NCBI GenBank assembly: GCA_964016885.1
Contig: OZ024745.1
Coordinates: 96,782,001 to 96,846,000 of the forward strand
Length of the DNA: 64,000 nucleotides
Origin: Eledone cirrhosa
Taxonomy: Eukaryota
Direction: 5' to 3'
Of this stretch, positions 13,910 to 27,964 are shown piece by piece. The position numbers were made by a program, and so were the translations under genes. Each line of letters begins with the position of its first letter. Within the stretch, counting starts at the first letter, position 1. The notes beneath the pieces were generated by a model, which saw nothing but the letters and a program-made list of their open reading frames with translations, had not been told where the DNA came from and did no database searches.

Positions 13910-14241
13910 TATATTAATAAAAGGAATTCCAGCTTTGTCTGATTTACTCGTTTTATTTACAATCCTTTAAAATTTATAATGGTATTAGAATGAAATAGTA
14001 TGGTAGAATATTAAATGTTAAGTGTTAATTGAACAAATACTTTCATGCTTTCGCAATCTTCAGGTTCATATTCTGTGGTGACAGTCAAGTTTGCAATTTT
14101 CAACTGTTGAACACTTGTTCAATTAACACTTAACATTTAATATTCTACCATACTATTTCATTCTAATACCATTATAAATTTTAAAGGATTGTAAATAAAA
14201 CGAGTAAATCAGACAAAGCTGGAATTCCTTTTATTAATATA
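13910..14241. mobile_element. Short fold-back HHR element (arms 13910-14036 / 14115-14241)
   Basis: ~127-bp apparently perfect inverted arms, with a hammerhead at the inner edge. Confidence 0.82.
14031..14067 (-). ncRNA. Minimal type I hammerhead ribozyme
   Basis: gaac-CTGAAGA-t tgc gaaa gca t-GAAA-gtat-TT-gttc. Confidence 0.8.
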
Positions 14242-14266
14242 TATATATATATATATGTAAAATAAA

Positions 14267-14342
<76 letters not shown>

Positions 14343-15133
14343 GTATATATATATATAATGATCATAGTATAATAAACCTTTCAAGGATTTACACAAGACC
14401 AGCCACCTGTCATTTTATTATAATATTTAACTCCGTACTAGCACCACCAACTACAAAAACGAAGACGGTTGAACTACTTTACGTCGAGTACTCTCCATAT
14501 TATTACATTAAGATTGACCATACGGAATTGACCAGCTCTATCCAGTGGTGAACCTTCAAACCTGAATAAATAATGCACCTGAAATGTTGAGCACTTCCAA
14601 ATGTAATAATGAACAGCGGCATGGGACTGAATAGATCTAACCACCATTCGGATTTTGGCTACTCTGCGCTTTGTCTACCGCGCACGTGGCCCAATGCTAC
14701 TCCCCTCTCGGAATATTCAGACTTCGACAAAATTCTACGGATTATACCATAACCTGTATTGTACTGTACTGTATTGACTAAATTCTCTACCCTATACTTC
14801 AGGGCCTGTGTAACTCACACTGAATTCTCAGACTCGAACACACACTGATTCCATTTCCATATCTATATGCATTATCTGACTGCAGCTTGAACTATATTGT
14901 ACTTCTCCTGTGTCTTGATTTCTCCATTTTACTCCACCACCACTCTTGTTTGTTTATTTATATCTTTCTACCTTTGTTCTATTAATGTGCTTTTTCCACG
15001 TATTCTACTTCTATATATCCATGTATTTATTACTCCTCTTATTGGGACTTTTACTCGCGTGTACCCATTAGCACACGACACTAGAATGTCTCCCCCTGAG
15101 AACAAAAATACCTATTACCCGGACTCTCCTGTA

Positions 15134-16240
15134 TAAATTAATAGTACTCGTTTGGCATAACGACGGCATAACGACGATGGATGACTCCCCACTAGCACAC
15201 CCGAAGCCTGGAATACATTCCTTGAGTGCTTGGAATAATTGATTTCCATATCTTTCGCTAGGCGATCTCACTCGGAATGGCTGACATGTGATTAGGATGG
15301 GCTGGCCGGGGTCTGCAGTCGCCACATGCTGTCTGACTGCTAAACAAGGACATATCCTTTACTCTACATCACACTAGGATAACTTATAGAGGATCTCTAT
15401 AATACAATTAAAAGTTTCTTCATAAAAGACTCTCTCTTTAACTAAACCTCACAACCCAAAATCTTAAAAAAGTTTTAAACTGTTTAATTCTCAATTTTCT
15501 AACTCTTTAATTTTTTTAACTTCATCCTATAAATCTAAACAATAATTTAACGTTCCAATTTTCTGTCGGACTGTTGGGTTGGTTTTCCTGGCTGCGGAAC
15601 CGGCCTCCTGGCGCATAGGCCTACCTTGAGTGCTTGGAAAAGTAAATTTCCCCTTCTTTCGGTATATGAAACTACTCGGAGAGGATTGATTCGCTCCAGG
15701 GGCCCGGCGCGCATCCCGTTTTTTGACCGCCATATAGTACCTTTAAATTATAGACCTAATCATAACTATTAGATGTATCACGCCTCCCTCTACTTAAACA
15801 AATCCCCCTCCTGGGTAAATTAATAGTACTGGTTTGGTACAAGGATGACCTAACGATGAGGGCTGACTTCCCACTGGCGCACCTGAAGCCTGTTATACAT
15901 TCCTAGAGTGCTTGGAAAAATTGATTTCCATATCTTTCGCTAGGCGATCTCACTCGGAATGGCTGACACGCAGTTAGGATGGGCTGGCCGGAGCCTGCAG
16001 TCGCCGCATGCTGTTTGACTGCTAAATAAAGACATAATCTTTACTCTGTAATACAATTTAAGTTTCTTCATAAAAGACTCTTTCTTTACTTAAACCTCGC
16101 AACCAAAACCTTTAAAAATTTAAACTGTTTAATTTTCAATTTTCTAATTTCTTTAATTTTATAATGTTAATATTAAATATTAAATATTTGTAACTTCAAC
16201 CTATAAATCTAAAGAAAAATTCAACGTTCCAATCTTCTGC
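15134..16240. repeat. Diverged direct duplication (~430-bp copies at ~15134-15570 and ~15816-16240)
   Basis: Shared blocks such as ttgatttccatatctttcgctaggcgatctcactcggaatggctgaca; origin unknown. Confidence 0.75.
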
Positions 16241-16769
16241 TCACACATTATAACATGCAGACCCCCACTATATTTACCTCTATTATAATATATACCTCTG
16301 TTAAGATACGGGTCCTTTAGAATAAATTATTTTCGCGCCACTCCTGGCCTGACTAGCTTGACATCAATACGGACTTTTCTTCCTCTTTCTTTCTGTCTTT
16401 CTTCTTGTAGCTCGACAGTAACGCTGACTTTTCTTCTTCTTCCTTTTCTTCCCCCTTCTTTCTTTCATTTTTTTTGAAGCATGATATTAACGCTGACATA
16501 TCTTCCTCTCCCTTTCTATTTTTCTTCTATTTGACCGGGAGGGTAGTAGCACACTATAGGCTTTACCCCCCTCACCAAATAGCCTCAAGTAGACCGAATA
16601 GCCAGCACTTGAGGGCGACCGGCTAAAGTGGAAGATGCTAGATGGTCGGTCGTCCTCCGGTCTTTGATTTTCAGCCCCATGGATTTTGTCTATTACATTC
16701 ATTTATTATATTTCGAATACCTGATGATATCACCGGATTCATACGGAACCCGGTCAAGCTGAAAGGTTA

Positions 16770-19700
16770 TTGAAAGACACTGTTTTCTGTTATATAAAAA
16801 CTACAATAACACCAGAACAAATCCGCTTCTTAAAACACTGTGTTTCCTCCAAAACATACACAACAAACATATCAAAACAAGTAAATAATTTATTATTGAA
16901 CAAAACACAAGCCGAACGACTAAAACACACAATAACAGTTAATATGAAAAGAACAACATGCACAAAAGTCAACGCACTCTACAGACAGAAACGCATTAAC
17001 GGTAAGGAAATCCGAAATCTCATCACAGCAAACGAGAGAGATAACTTCGTGAGCGCCATCCGGCGTGAAACGAAATACGCTCGAAACGAATGCAATAGGC
17101 ATTTCAAGAAGAAATTAGAATGGATGAATAAGAAAAAACTACAAGAAAGGAAAATCGAATATTCTCAAAAATACCCAGATAACATCGACAATATCCGTAT
17201 GACTGATGTAAAACTACCGGAAGAATTTACCAATGACCACACAGTAAATATCTATGGGAACACTTTAATCAGTGAACAAGAACAACAAATCCTGCGGTTA
17301 CCACCAAAATTTGCCATCTACAAAAAGATTAACCCTATGGAGTGCAAAACGGAGATGGAAAAGTGTTTCACAAAAATACGTTGGAATGCAAAGGTAAACA
17401 ACAACAACAATAATAACGGTAGTAGTAATATAAACAATAACTCTGAGTACAGAAATAACAGCCATAACCATAACAATAGCAGGAAAGTGAGAAATAGTGA
17501 TAATGGTATAATACTAGCGATAGACAGAACAACAACAACCAAAATAATAATAATAATAGAAACATTAACCACAGACACAGCGACCACAGTAGTAATAACG
17601 GTAACAATACGAACAACAACAACAATAACCACAGTGGTAATAATGGAAATAGTACATGTAGCAACATCAGTGATAGACACAACAAAAACAAGAAACATAA
17701 TAAAAGTAACAACCACAATGGTAGAAATAACAGTAACAACAATAACAATAACGGTGAAGTAAACAACAATACATCTAGCAATCATAACAATAATAATAAT
17801 GCTAATGATAGAAACAACAACAACCACCCTGATAACAACAATAGCAACACACACAACTATGACGATAGATATAATGACAACCCCTTAGAGAAACTATTTT
17901 TCAACCCAGCTGACAAAACATATAAGATGGGTAATATCTATCCTACGAGGTTACCCTTTAATAAAAGAGTTTGCATACCACAACAAATAGATGAAGAGAC
18001 AGAGGCACAGTTCACCATAGCTAGAAATAAGATTAGACAAATAGTAGACAGGTATACTAAGAGACAGAGCAGACCAGAGGCCCAACAACTTGGGAGGAAA
18101 CATGTAGAAGGCTTGGTTAGCCTCAAGCAGCGCACAAGGGATGGTGAGGTAGTGTCTCTACCCACAGATAAGTCTGGTAGGATGTCAATAGATAGCATGC
18201 CGAACTACATCGAGCCTATGCAACCCCACATCACCAACACGAGCGAAGTTGCACAACAAACACACGATGGAGAGAAAAAATCCTCAACGCTCACATGATG
18301 ATGTGGACTGACATCCTAAAGCCAAGCAGACGCACTGCCAACAACTTCCAGGCGTCTAACAATGGCATACCACCCTTGTATGGGCTCCGCAAAGACCACA
18401 AGACAGTCGACGACCCGACAACAGGACCACCAACAAGACCCGTATGCGGAGCTAATATAGCTAGCAACTACAGGATCTCTTACTTCCTCTCAGTGGTTAT
18501 ACGCCCCATAATCAAGATGTCCCCAGATGTATGTGACAGTACAGAGGACCTCCTCAGCAGAATCAGTGAGTGCAACAAAAACAGAAGCCTATCCAACTGC
18601 ATAATAGGCAGCATGGATGTGGTGTCACTGTACCCATCCATTAACATTGATTTTGCTGTGAAAAGATGTGTGGAGATGATCATTGAGAGTGAGGTGGAGT
18701 TCTGCGACGTCGACACAGACGAACTGGGCCTCCTACTTAGACTTACCTACGACACTGACTACCTAGACAGCCATGACCTTAGATGTTTCTGCCCTAGTAG
18801 ACCTATAAGAGGTAAACCCCCCACCATAACCTCAATGGCAAAAAAGACTCCCATGGGAAGGTGGATTGGGTGGACCAAAGCTATACGGACCCCCAAAACA
18901 ACGATCAGGTAAGAAAAATGGTCGCACATGCAATAGGGGCTAGTATCAAAACTACCCTAAAGGGCCACATATTTAAGTTCAATGAGAAAATCTACACCCA
19001 AAATGAGGGAGCAGCCATCGGCGTCAGCATAGCTGGTGATGTTACCAACCTTTTCATGGTATGGTGGGAAAGGAGACTTAAAGATCTCCTTAATGAAAGC
19101 TCCATAGACCTCATCATGTACTCTCGTTATGGAGACGATATCAATATAGTTATAAGAACACCCCCACTAGAGAGCACTAACAAGTTTGATTTAGAACGTA
19201 GCACGATGGAAAGCATCCAGCAGATAGCTAATTCCATACACCAGAGTATAACTGTAACTATCGACTTCCCTTCCAAACACCCTAACAATAGACTACCTGT
19301 ATTAGACACATAACTCTGGATTAACACTATAGACGAGAGAGCCCAAATTCTCCACTCACACTATGCTAAACCCATGGCCTCCAAATACCTGATACTCAAA
19401 AACTCAGCAATGTCCAGTAGTGCTAAGTTTAATATTCTGATCGCAGATTTGGTACGAGTGATGAAGAATGTGTCCCGCATGTGCGACCCAACAGAAATGG
19501 AAAGACACATCCAACACTTCATCAACCGCATGCAGTTCTCTGGCTACAACCAAAGAGACAGAGTCAGAGTATACGAAGGAGCCATGGAAAAGTATAAGAC
19601 CCTCATAGAACTGGACATGAAAGGAATTTGCCCATTATACAGGAGCAAATCATGGAATAGCTTAGATAGGGCTAGACATAAGATAGGGAAAGCCACATCA

Positions 19701-20285
19701 TGGTACGACAACCAGAGATACCAGAGTGTCATGTTTGTGGACGCCACCCCTGGAGGGAAATTAGCTAACCAGTGTAGAAAGGCCCTGAGAAAGACCCACT
19801 TAAAAATAAAGGTGGTAGAAAAGCCAGGAACCACCATAAAATCCCTGATCAGCAAAACCTACCCTTTTAAGAAAACCCACTGTACCAATAGGAAATGTAT
19901 CATATGTAAGGTGAACCCCCGGATAAACTGTAAAACTAGAAACGTAGTCTATAGCATAAGATGTACAGAGGGTACTTGCAGAAACATGACAACAACATAC
20001 ATAGGTGAGACAGCTCGTAGCATAGGTGAAAGGATAGACCAACACTGGGGGGAACTAAAAGGACGAAAAAACGGTTCAGTACTATACGAACATGCTAGAC
20101 AACAATATGACGGTAACATAGACAACATAGAAATTAGAATAATATCTAAACATAGAAATGACCCAGCAGATAGGCAAATCAGAGAGGCCAGTGAAATAGA
20201 AATTAGAAGACCAAAGCTAAACAGAAAGAATGAATGGAATAACAACAACACCCAAACAAACAACACTGACCTAAGAGAAGTATAA
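16770..20285 (+). pseudogene. Near full-length decayed PLE of a non-Naiad clade (Neptune/Nematis-like, tentative)
   Basis: Frameshifted ORFs with LPPKFAI, PTDKSG, LYGLRKDHK, RPVCGA, SMDVVSLYPSI, GAAIG, YSRYGDD, RMQFSGY, C-x4-C-x2-C, VVYSIRC and YIGETARS; stop codon at 19311. Confidence 0.88.
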
Positions 20286-20515
20286 ATAAGTAAATAAAAT
20301 AAGATAAATAAATACATACACAAGCACAATAACAACAAGCACATAAACACACACTAGTCACCCATCACACAGCAAACATAACACTAATCACACACGCAAA
20401 CGCATGCGCAAAGAAGACAAAATAAAATAAACAAACAAGCAAATAAATAAATAAATATATAGACAGACTGAATAAAAAATGGCGTAGACATACAACACAA
20501 CAGGAGGAAAATATA

Positions 20516-20560
20516 ACACCACTGACGATGTTGCAGATGTGCAACGAAAGATTTATGATA
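20516..20560 (+). ncRNA. Hammerhead-like motif downstream of PLE ORF (stem I decayed)
   Basis: ca-CTGACGA-t gttgca gatg tgcaac-GAAA-gatt-TA-tg. Confidence 0.65.
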
Positions 20561-20832
20561 AACTATATATATGTGTTTGTGTCTATATTGTATCTGTATT
20601 ATTTTTGACCGTCGGTCAGTCAATGGCAACATTGAGGACCGAGTAAGTTAGATTACCGATATAAAAGACACAGAAGCGAGAAGCGAAAACCAACCAAACA
20701 GTGAGTGTGTTCTGTTATTAATTCTGGCAATATTACACAAATATGACCCTCCCCAAGTATAACTATATATATATATATATATATGTATACATATATATAT
20801 ATATATGTATACATATATATATATATGTATAC

Positions 20833-21584
20833 ATGAAATGCCTGGGACGGTTGGAGGGTCACTGATGAAGGACTTACTTTTTCATATGCACCACCATTTG
20901 CAACGCGCAGCCATCATTATTATCATATTTACACATAATTTTTCTTCTGCTGCTACCCGTCTGTTCGTTCTTTGTACCTTTACCCTTTCTCGTTCTTTGT
21001 ACCTTTTACCCTTTCTAGCAGTCTCTCTCTCTGTTAGCCTCCTCCTCAACTTTCACTCACTCATTCTCTGTCACTACCTCTCCTCCTCCTCTTTCCTCCT
21101 CCTCCTTCAAGTTTGACCTGTGTGTAATTCTTTTCTCGCGCGTTCCTGGTCAAGCTGGTATGGATTATTTTTCTCTCTCTCTTTCGTCTGCGACTTCACA
21201 AAACTTATGTTTACCGAATTCGTAGACCAGACCCCTTCCTTTTCTTCCCCCCGTCAGACCTGTGCGAAATTCCTTCCTTGCTCACATTTCAACCAGGTTT
21301 GATGGTCTTTTGTCTCTTGTTCACGATTTCACCGAGTTTATATTCATAGAGATCTGGGACTTGTCTATTTCTTCTCACTATCCGTTGCTTAAACCATTTT
21401 GTTTGTTACCCTAACGTCCACTTTATTTACGTGTCCCAACGACTTTTTTTAGCCGTTGTTCGCACCAACCTGAGGCATATGGCCCTTAAAGCGATGAAAT
21501 GCCTGGGACGGTTGGAGGGTCACTGATGAAGGACTTACTTTTTCATATGCACCACCATTTGCAACGCGCAGCCATCATTATTAT
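20833..21584. mobile_element. Non-coding tandem element, ~1.14 units of 661 bp
   Basis: ~90-bp direct terminal redundancy (starts at 20833 and 21494). Homologous to the reverse complement of 44552-46192. (TA)n flanks. Confidence 0.85.
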
Positions 21585-21670
<86 letters not shown>

Positions 21671-21672
21671 TA

Positions 21673-21977
21673 TAAAATAAAGTTAAATAAAAGTCAAATG
21701 ATTAAAATTTAGCTTCGTTTATTACTGCTATATATATTTCAGTGACAGCCATCTTTGGCTGTGACCTCTTCAGGCAGTTTGAAGAGGTCACAGCCAAAGA
21801 TGGCTGTCACTGAAATATATATAGCAGTAATAAACGAAGCTAAATTTTAATCATTTGACTTTTATTTAACTTTATTTTACACTACTCCGGAGTAACCAAA
21901 CCAACCTGCGCACTTCGTCGAGTGCTCCAGCCTGCATACTGAGGTGTTGGTATACAACCAACATAAACTCTAAATCT
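21673..21977. mobile_element. Short fold-back HHR element (arms 21673-21772 / 21780-21879, tail to ~21977)
   Basis: 100-bp perfect inverted arms separated by ~7 nt. Confidence 0.85.
21724..21778 (-). ncRNA. Type I hammerhead ribozyme (truncated mirror copy at 21779-21828 +)
   Basis: actgc-CTGAAGA-ggtcacagcc aaagat ggctgtcact-GAAA-tatata-TA-gcagt. Confidence 0.85.
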
Positions 21978-22020
21978 ATATGTATATATATATATATATA
22001 TGTATACATATATATATATT

Positions 22021-22774
<754 letters not shown>

Positions 22775-23072
22775 TGTGTGTGTGTCTGTTTACTTACCAG
22801 TGCAATTAATTCTTCCCTCTTCCCTTCTTAAGTATCTCCTGCTCTACTTGTCTTCAATTTCCGGCCCCTTATATTCCGTCTTACGTTACCTGGCTTCAAA
22901 AGACATGTTTTTCTATTCTCCTCCACATTTACCTTTTTAACAAAAGTCTATTTATATTTCCCTCTTTCCTACTTTATAATCTTCGCAACTTGTCTGCACT
23001 ATATCCTGTTTTTTTTTTGTTTTTTGTTTTTTTTTTCGTTTTTTTTATAGTCATAAGACTTATTATTATTAA

Positions 23073-23378
23073 TACGTTCTGAGTTCAAATCCCGCCGAGT
23101 CTAACTTTGCCTTTCCTCCTTACGGGGTCGATAAAATAAAGCACCAGTAACTTACTGGGTTCGATTTAATCGACTTTCCCCTCCCCCAAATTACTGGCCT
23201 TGTGCCTATACTAGAAATCATTATTGATACAGTCAGAGTTCAAATCCTTCCGAGGTTAACTTTGCCTTTCATCCTTACGGCGTCGATAAATTAAAGTACC
23301 AGTAATGTACTGGAGTTGATTTAATTGACTTTCCCCTCCCGTTCAAATTGCAGGCCTTGTGCCTAAAGTAGAAAGAAT
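23073..23378 (+). mobile_element. Two tandem partial tRNA-derived SINEs (Meta-domain-like)
   Basis: B-box-like gagttcaaatccc plus gcctttcatccttacggggtcgataaaataaagtaccag core. Confidence 0.8.
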
Positions 23379-23505
23379 TATTAATACGGTCTGAGTTAAG
23401 TTTCCCACATTTCCAAATTTCAAATCAGTTAAGCACGGGGATAATTCATAAGATTTATGTCTATATACATTTATGCATACGCGACCCCACCCCCCCCACA
23501 CACAC

Positions 23506-23553
<48 letters not shown>

Positions 23554-23556
<3 letters not shown>

Positions 23557-23856
23557 ATTGAATATAAAAGAGAGATAAACACAGATATATACATATACGT
23601 GTTCAAATCTGACAGTTGTTACAATTTCGGTTTATATTTTTTTTCTTAATTTATTCTTTTAAATTGAGTCTGGCAAACCCTATTGTTCATAGTTTGTATT
23701 TTTTTCACCCTAGCGAATCTGGTCCCTTACGATTTGAACACATATATGTATATATCTGTGTTTATCTCTCTTTTATATTTAATTATATTACACGGCCCGG
23801 AAAAATTTCTTTCCTTGAGCTATTTAATTGTAAGAGACTATTTTGAGTTTCTAACT

Positions 23857-23860
<4 letters not shown>
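23554..23860. mobile_element. Fold-back element (arms ~23554-23609 / 23732-23787) with one-sided tail
   Basis: 56-bp inverted arms. The spacer shares tttaaattgagtctggcaaacc with ~13852-13873. No intact HHR seen. Confidence 0.65.
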
Positions 23861-23890
<30 letters not shown>

Positions 23891-23901
23891 GAAAAGTATA
23901 G

Positions 23902-23956
<55 letters not shown>

Positions 23957-23967
23957 GAAAAGTATAG

Positions 23968-24244
<277 letters not shown>

Positions 24245-24316
24245 TATGTGTGTGTGTGTAAGTGAGTTTGTACTATTTATATTATATTGTTGTTGTTGTT
24301 GTTGTTGTTATTGTAG

Positions 24317-24478
24317 CTATGTTTGGTGTTAAAAAGACTGCTGAGCCATTGCAGCCGAGACCATTTTCAAATGATATCAACGCTACTTCAGCCAGTGCAA
24401 CATCGAAACTTCACATATGGAGCCTGTTCTGGGACTATACTCCAGTCTAAGGATGGGGTTACTGACAGAAATGACCAG
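24317..24478 (+). CDS. Candidate host-gene exon (unidentified)
   Basis: tgtag acceptor, 54 open codons (LCLVLKRLLSHCSRDHFQMISTLLQPVQHRNFTYGACSGTILQSKDGVTDRNDQ), donor cag|gtttgt (or gtgagt at 24483). Unique sequence between microsatellites; no homologue recognised. Confidence 0.4.
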
Positions 24479-24496
24479 GTTTGTGAGTTTATTCTA

Positions 24497-25110
24497 TAAC
24501 AACATTATAACCATCAACAACATCAACAACAACAACAATAACAACATAAACATCAACAACAACAATAACAACAATAACAACAGTAATAACAACAGCAACA
24601 ACAATAACAACATCAGCAACAACAACAACAACAGTAACAACATCAACAACAACGGTAACAACATCAACAACAACAACAATAACAACATCAACAACAACAG
24701 TAACATCAAAAACAATAACAACGGCAACAACAACAACAACAACATCAACAACATCAACAACAACACCAATAACAACAACAACACCAACAATAACAACAAC
24801 AACGTCAACAACACTAACAACATTAACAACAACATCAACATCAGCAAACGAAACAATAACAAGAACAACAACAATAGTAACAACAACAATAGCATGGTCA
24901 ACACTACAACAACATCAACAACAATAACAACATCAACAACAACAACAACAATAACAACATCAACAACAGTAACAACATCAACAACAACAGTAACAACAAC
25001 AATAACATGGTCAACACTACAACATCAACAACATCATCAACAACAATAACAACAACAATAACAACAATAATAACATCAACAGTAACAACAACAATAACAT
25101 GGTCAGCACT

Positions 25111-25141
<31 letters not shown>

Positions 25142-25287
25142 TAATAACAACAACAATAACAACAACAATAACAACAACAATAACAACAATAATAACATCA
25201 ACAGTAACAACAACAATAACATGGTCAACACCACAAAAACATCAACAGACATAACAACAACATCAACAATATCACCATCAACAACAT
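24497..25287 (+). repeat. Degenerate (AAC/AAT)n trinucleotide array
   Basis: Directly visible; contains a recurring catggtca sub-motif. Confidence 0.9.
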
Positions 25288-25289
25288 TT

Positions 25290-25937
25290 AGATTGGCAGT
25301 ATTGGTAGAGCTTTACAGCATAGAGTTATGGCCCTTTACATTCTGAGTTGAAATCCCGTCAAAGTTAACTTTACTTTTCATCCTTACGAGGTCGATAAAA
25401 TAAAGTACCAGTAACACACTGGGGTCGATTTAATCGACTTTTCCCCCCTCCCCCAAAATTGAGTAAATCATGAATCATTATTAAAAACAAAAGCATTAAT
25501 AACATGAACATTAAGAACAACAATAATGATTTCTAGGATAAGCACAAGGCCATTACTGGTACTTTATTTTATCGACCTCCTAAGGATGAAAAGTAAATTT
25601 AACTTTGGCGGGATTTGAACTCAGACCGTAAAGGACCGTAACTCTATGCTGCAAAGTATGGCGTCCGACACTCTACCGATACTGCCATGCCACCGCCCTA
25701 TTAAGAACAATATAATGGTTTCTTATATAGACATAAGGCGAGAAATTTTTTTTTTTGGGGGGGGGGTCGATTAAATCGACCCCAGAGCGTGACTGGTACT
25801 TTATTTTATCGACCCCGCAAGGATGAAAGGCAAAGTTAACCTCGGCGGATTTGAACTCAGACCGTAAAGGAGCGTAACTCTATGCTGCAAAGCATGTTGT
25901 CCGACTCTCTACCGATATTGCCAAGCCACCGCCCTAT
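25290..25937. mobile_element. Cluster of three tRNA-derived SINEs (25290-25460 +, ~25552-25700 -, ~25722-25937 -)
   Basis: Same head and core as 27144-27362. Confidence 0.82.
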
Positions 25938-27143
25938 TAAGAACAACAATAATAACAACATCAACAACGCGAGGAACAATAAAGCTACCAACAACAACTA
26001 CACAACAACTATAGCGACGACGACAGCGAAAACACCACCACAATAACAACAACAATGACAACAGAACCACAAAAACACAAAGGGAAATATCTAAAATGAT
26101 TCATAATTTTGATTTCTCATAAATAGTGATGATTTATAATACACAAAATTTTGATATGTTGTTTTTCCCCTACTTTGTACGAATTAATACTAAGATTTCT
26201 CATTTCCTGGGAAAACCTGTAGTAAGTTTTTGTCATAACTCGAGATGTTGACAGCTGTGTATATATATAAAATATTTTCATTTTCCTTCATATCTAAGCG
26301 ATGACGAGAAGAGTATCTCTGTGGGCTGAAAAAAATCTATTGAATATTTTTCAATGACAATGTTTTCATTAAACATTGGTAAATACAAAACATAAATCAT
26401 AACCAAAATCTTTTTAAAGAATTCTTAAAACAATACTTAAAACAACACTTCAAATTTTTAAAAGTAAAATATGATAAATTAGAAGCGATAATCAATACGT
26501 TAGCAGCAACTTAAAATCAGTAGCAGTCTATATTATACTGGATAGAAGCAAACCATATGGTATCTGTTCTCTCAAACAAAAAGGTGTGCAGCTTGGCATT
26601 ATTTTCTTTTCACCGTTAATCGAATTTTAAATCAGCAAGATATGTTCAATATATCTCTTAGAAGTCGTAAACCACCTGGCGTCTAAACATCAGACATTAT
26701 CTAACTCCTCTCGAAACACATGCTCTCCGGGGAAATTGGCTATTTATAATTGTATCATTTCCAAATCTAATTGGGTAAAATTAATTAAACCTACTTGAAA
26801 TATTTTATTTTTATTTTTATTTTTTGCACAATATCATCGATTGCACGCTGTCTGTATGGATTGTTATCACACTAACATCGACATTGCAAGAATAAAACAT
26901 CAAGAAATCCTTAATAAAATCTGTTAACACTAAATTTCAAGTCGAAATCTATACCAGATGTTTACCATTTCAAAAAATGTATGTGTAGCAAATTGTCTAA
27001 CGGAAAGGTTGTACGAAATGGGTCATGAGAAGAATATTATTTGAAGAAATACTGTAAATATTGGAAATTCTCGTATATATATCTTTTCTTGCATTGTATC
27101 CACATTTTCATTTGTTTCATGATATGTATTATTAGTCTACACA

Positions 27144-27362
27144 AGGGCAGCGGATTGGCAGTATCGGTAGGGCGTCGGACACCATGCTCTGCAGCATAGA
27201 GTTACGGCCCTTTATGATCTGAGTTCAAATCCCGCCGAAGTTAATATCGCCTTTCATCTTTACGGGGTCAATAAAATAAAGTACCAGTCACGCACTGGAG
27301 TCGATTTAATCGATTTAATCGACTTTCCCCTCCCCTAAAATTGCTGGCCTTGTTCCTATAGA
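27144..27362 (+). mobile_element. Full-length tRNA-derived SINE (Meta-domain-like)
   Basis: A-box-like tggcagtatcggta, B-box-like gagttcaaatccc, and core gcctttcatc..ggggtcaataaaataaagtaccag. Confidence 0.85.
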
Positions 27363-27919
27363 CTATACACACTCCAACAGCTTCTAAAAGTTACCATAGT
27401 GTCGTAAAATTAATAAGTCGAGTATACGAATGTATATTTAAATATTTAAATCATATTTAGTTTCTGCTAAATAATAATTGTTTTTACTTTTTGGCCAGCA
27501 ATTACCCAGTGCATTACTGGTACTTTAATGCTTTCGGTTAAGGCACTTAACCACTATGTACACTATTTTTTTTATACCTCTCGCCATGCCATATCATACT
27601 AAAATTTTCACTCACGCCTTATTATAACTTTAAAACAATTTATAGTTATCATAACGAAATGTTATAAACGATTTTATTAGTCACGCCATCTTGTTGATTT
27701 TTTTCGGTTTTCTATTGAAATGTAGGGGTAGCATTTGTCACCTTTCCCTGGAGCTTCATGAATTGTAACAGTAAAACTGTGAATAAAATCAATGGAGTAT
27801 GACCCCCATCTCCAAAAAATTTCTTTATAAAATTGGTCTGGTTCCAATTCGATATACCCTTACTACAAAAAGAAAAACATTCACACTTACACACACACAC
27901 ACATACACACACACATACA

Positions 27920-27964
<45 letters not shown>

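Noticed and set aside
16712-16775. CTGATGA...GAAA upstream of the 16.8-kb PLE ORF
   Set aside because: Stem II does not close at the core and stem I is poor; at best a decayed remnant.
24417-25049. 210-aa poly-Asn/Thr ORF and antisense poly-Leu ORF
   Set aside because: Translation of a degenerate (AAC)n array.
27144-27240. tRNA gene
   Set aside because: The A/B-box-like head runs into a dispersed SINE core; no complete cloverleaf.
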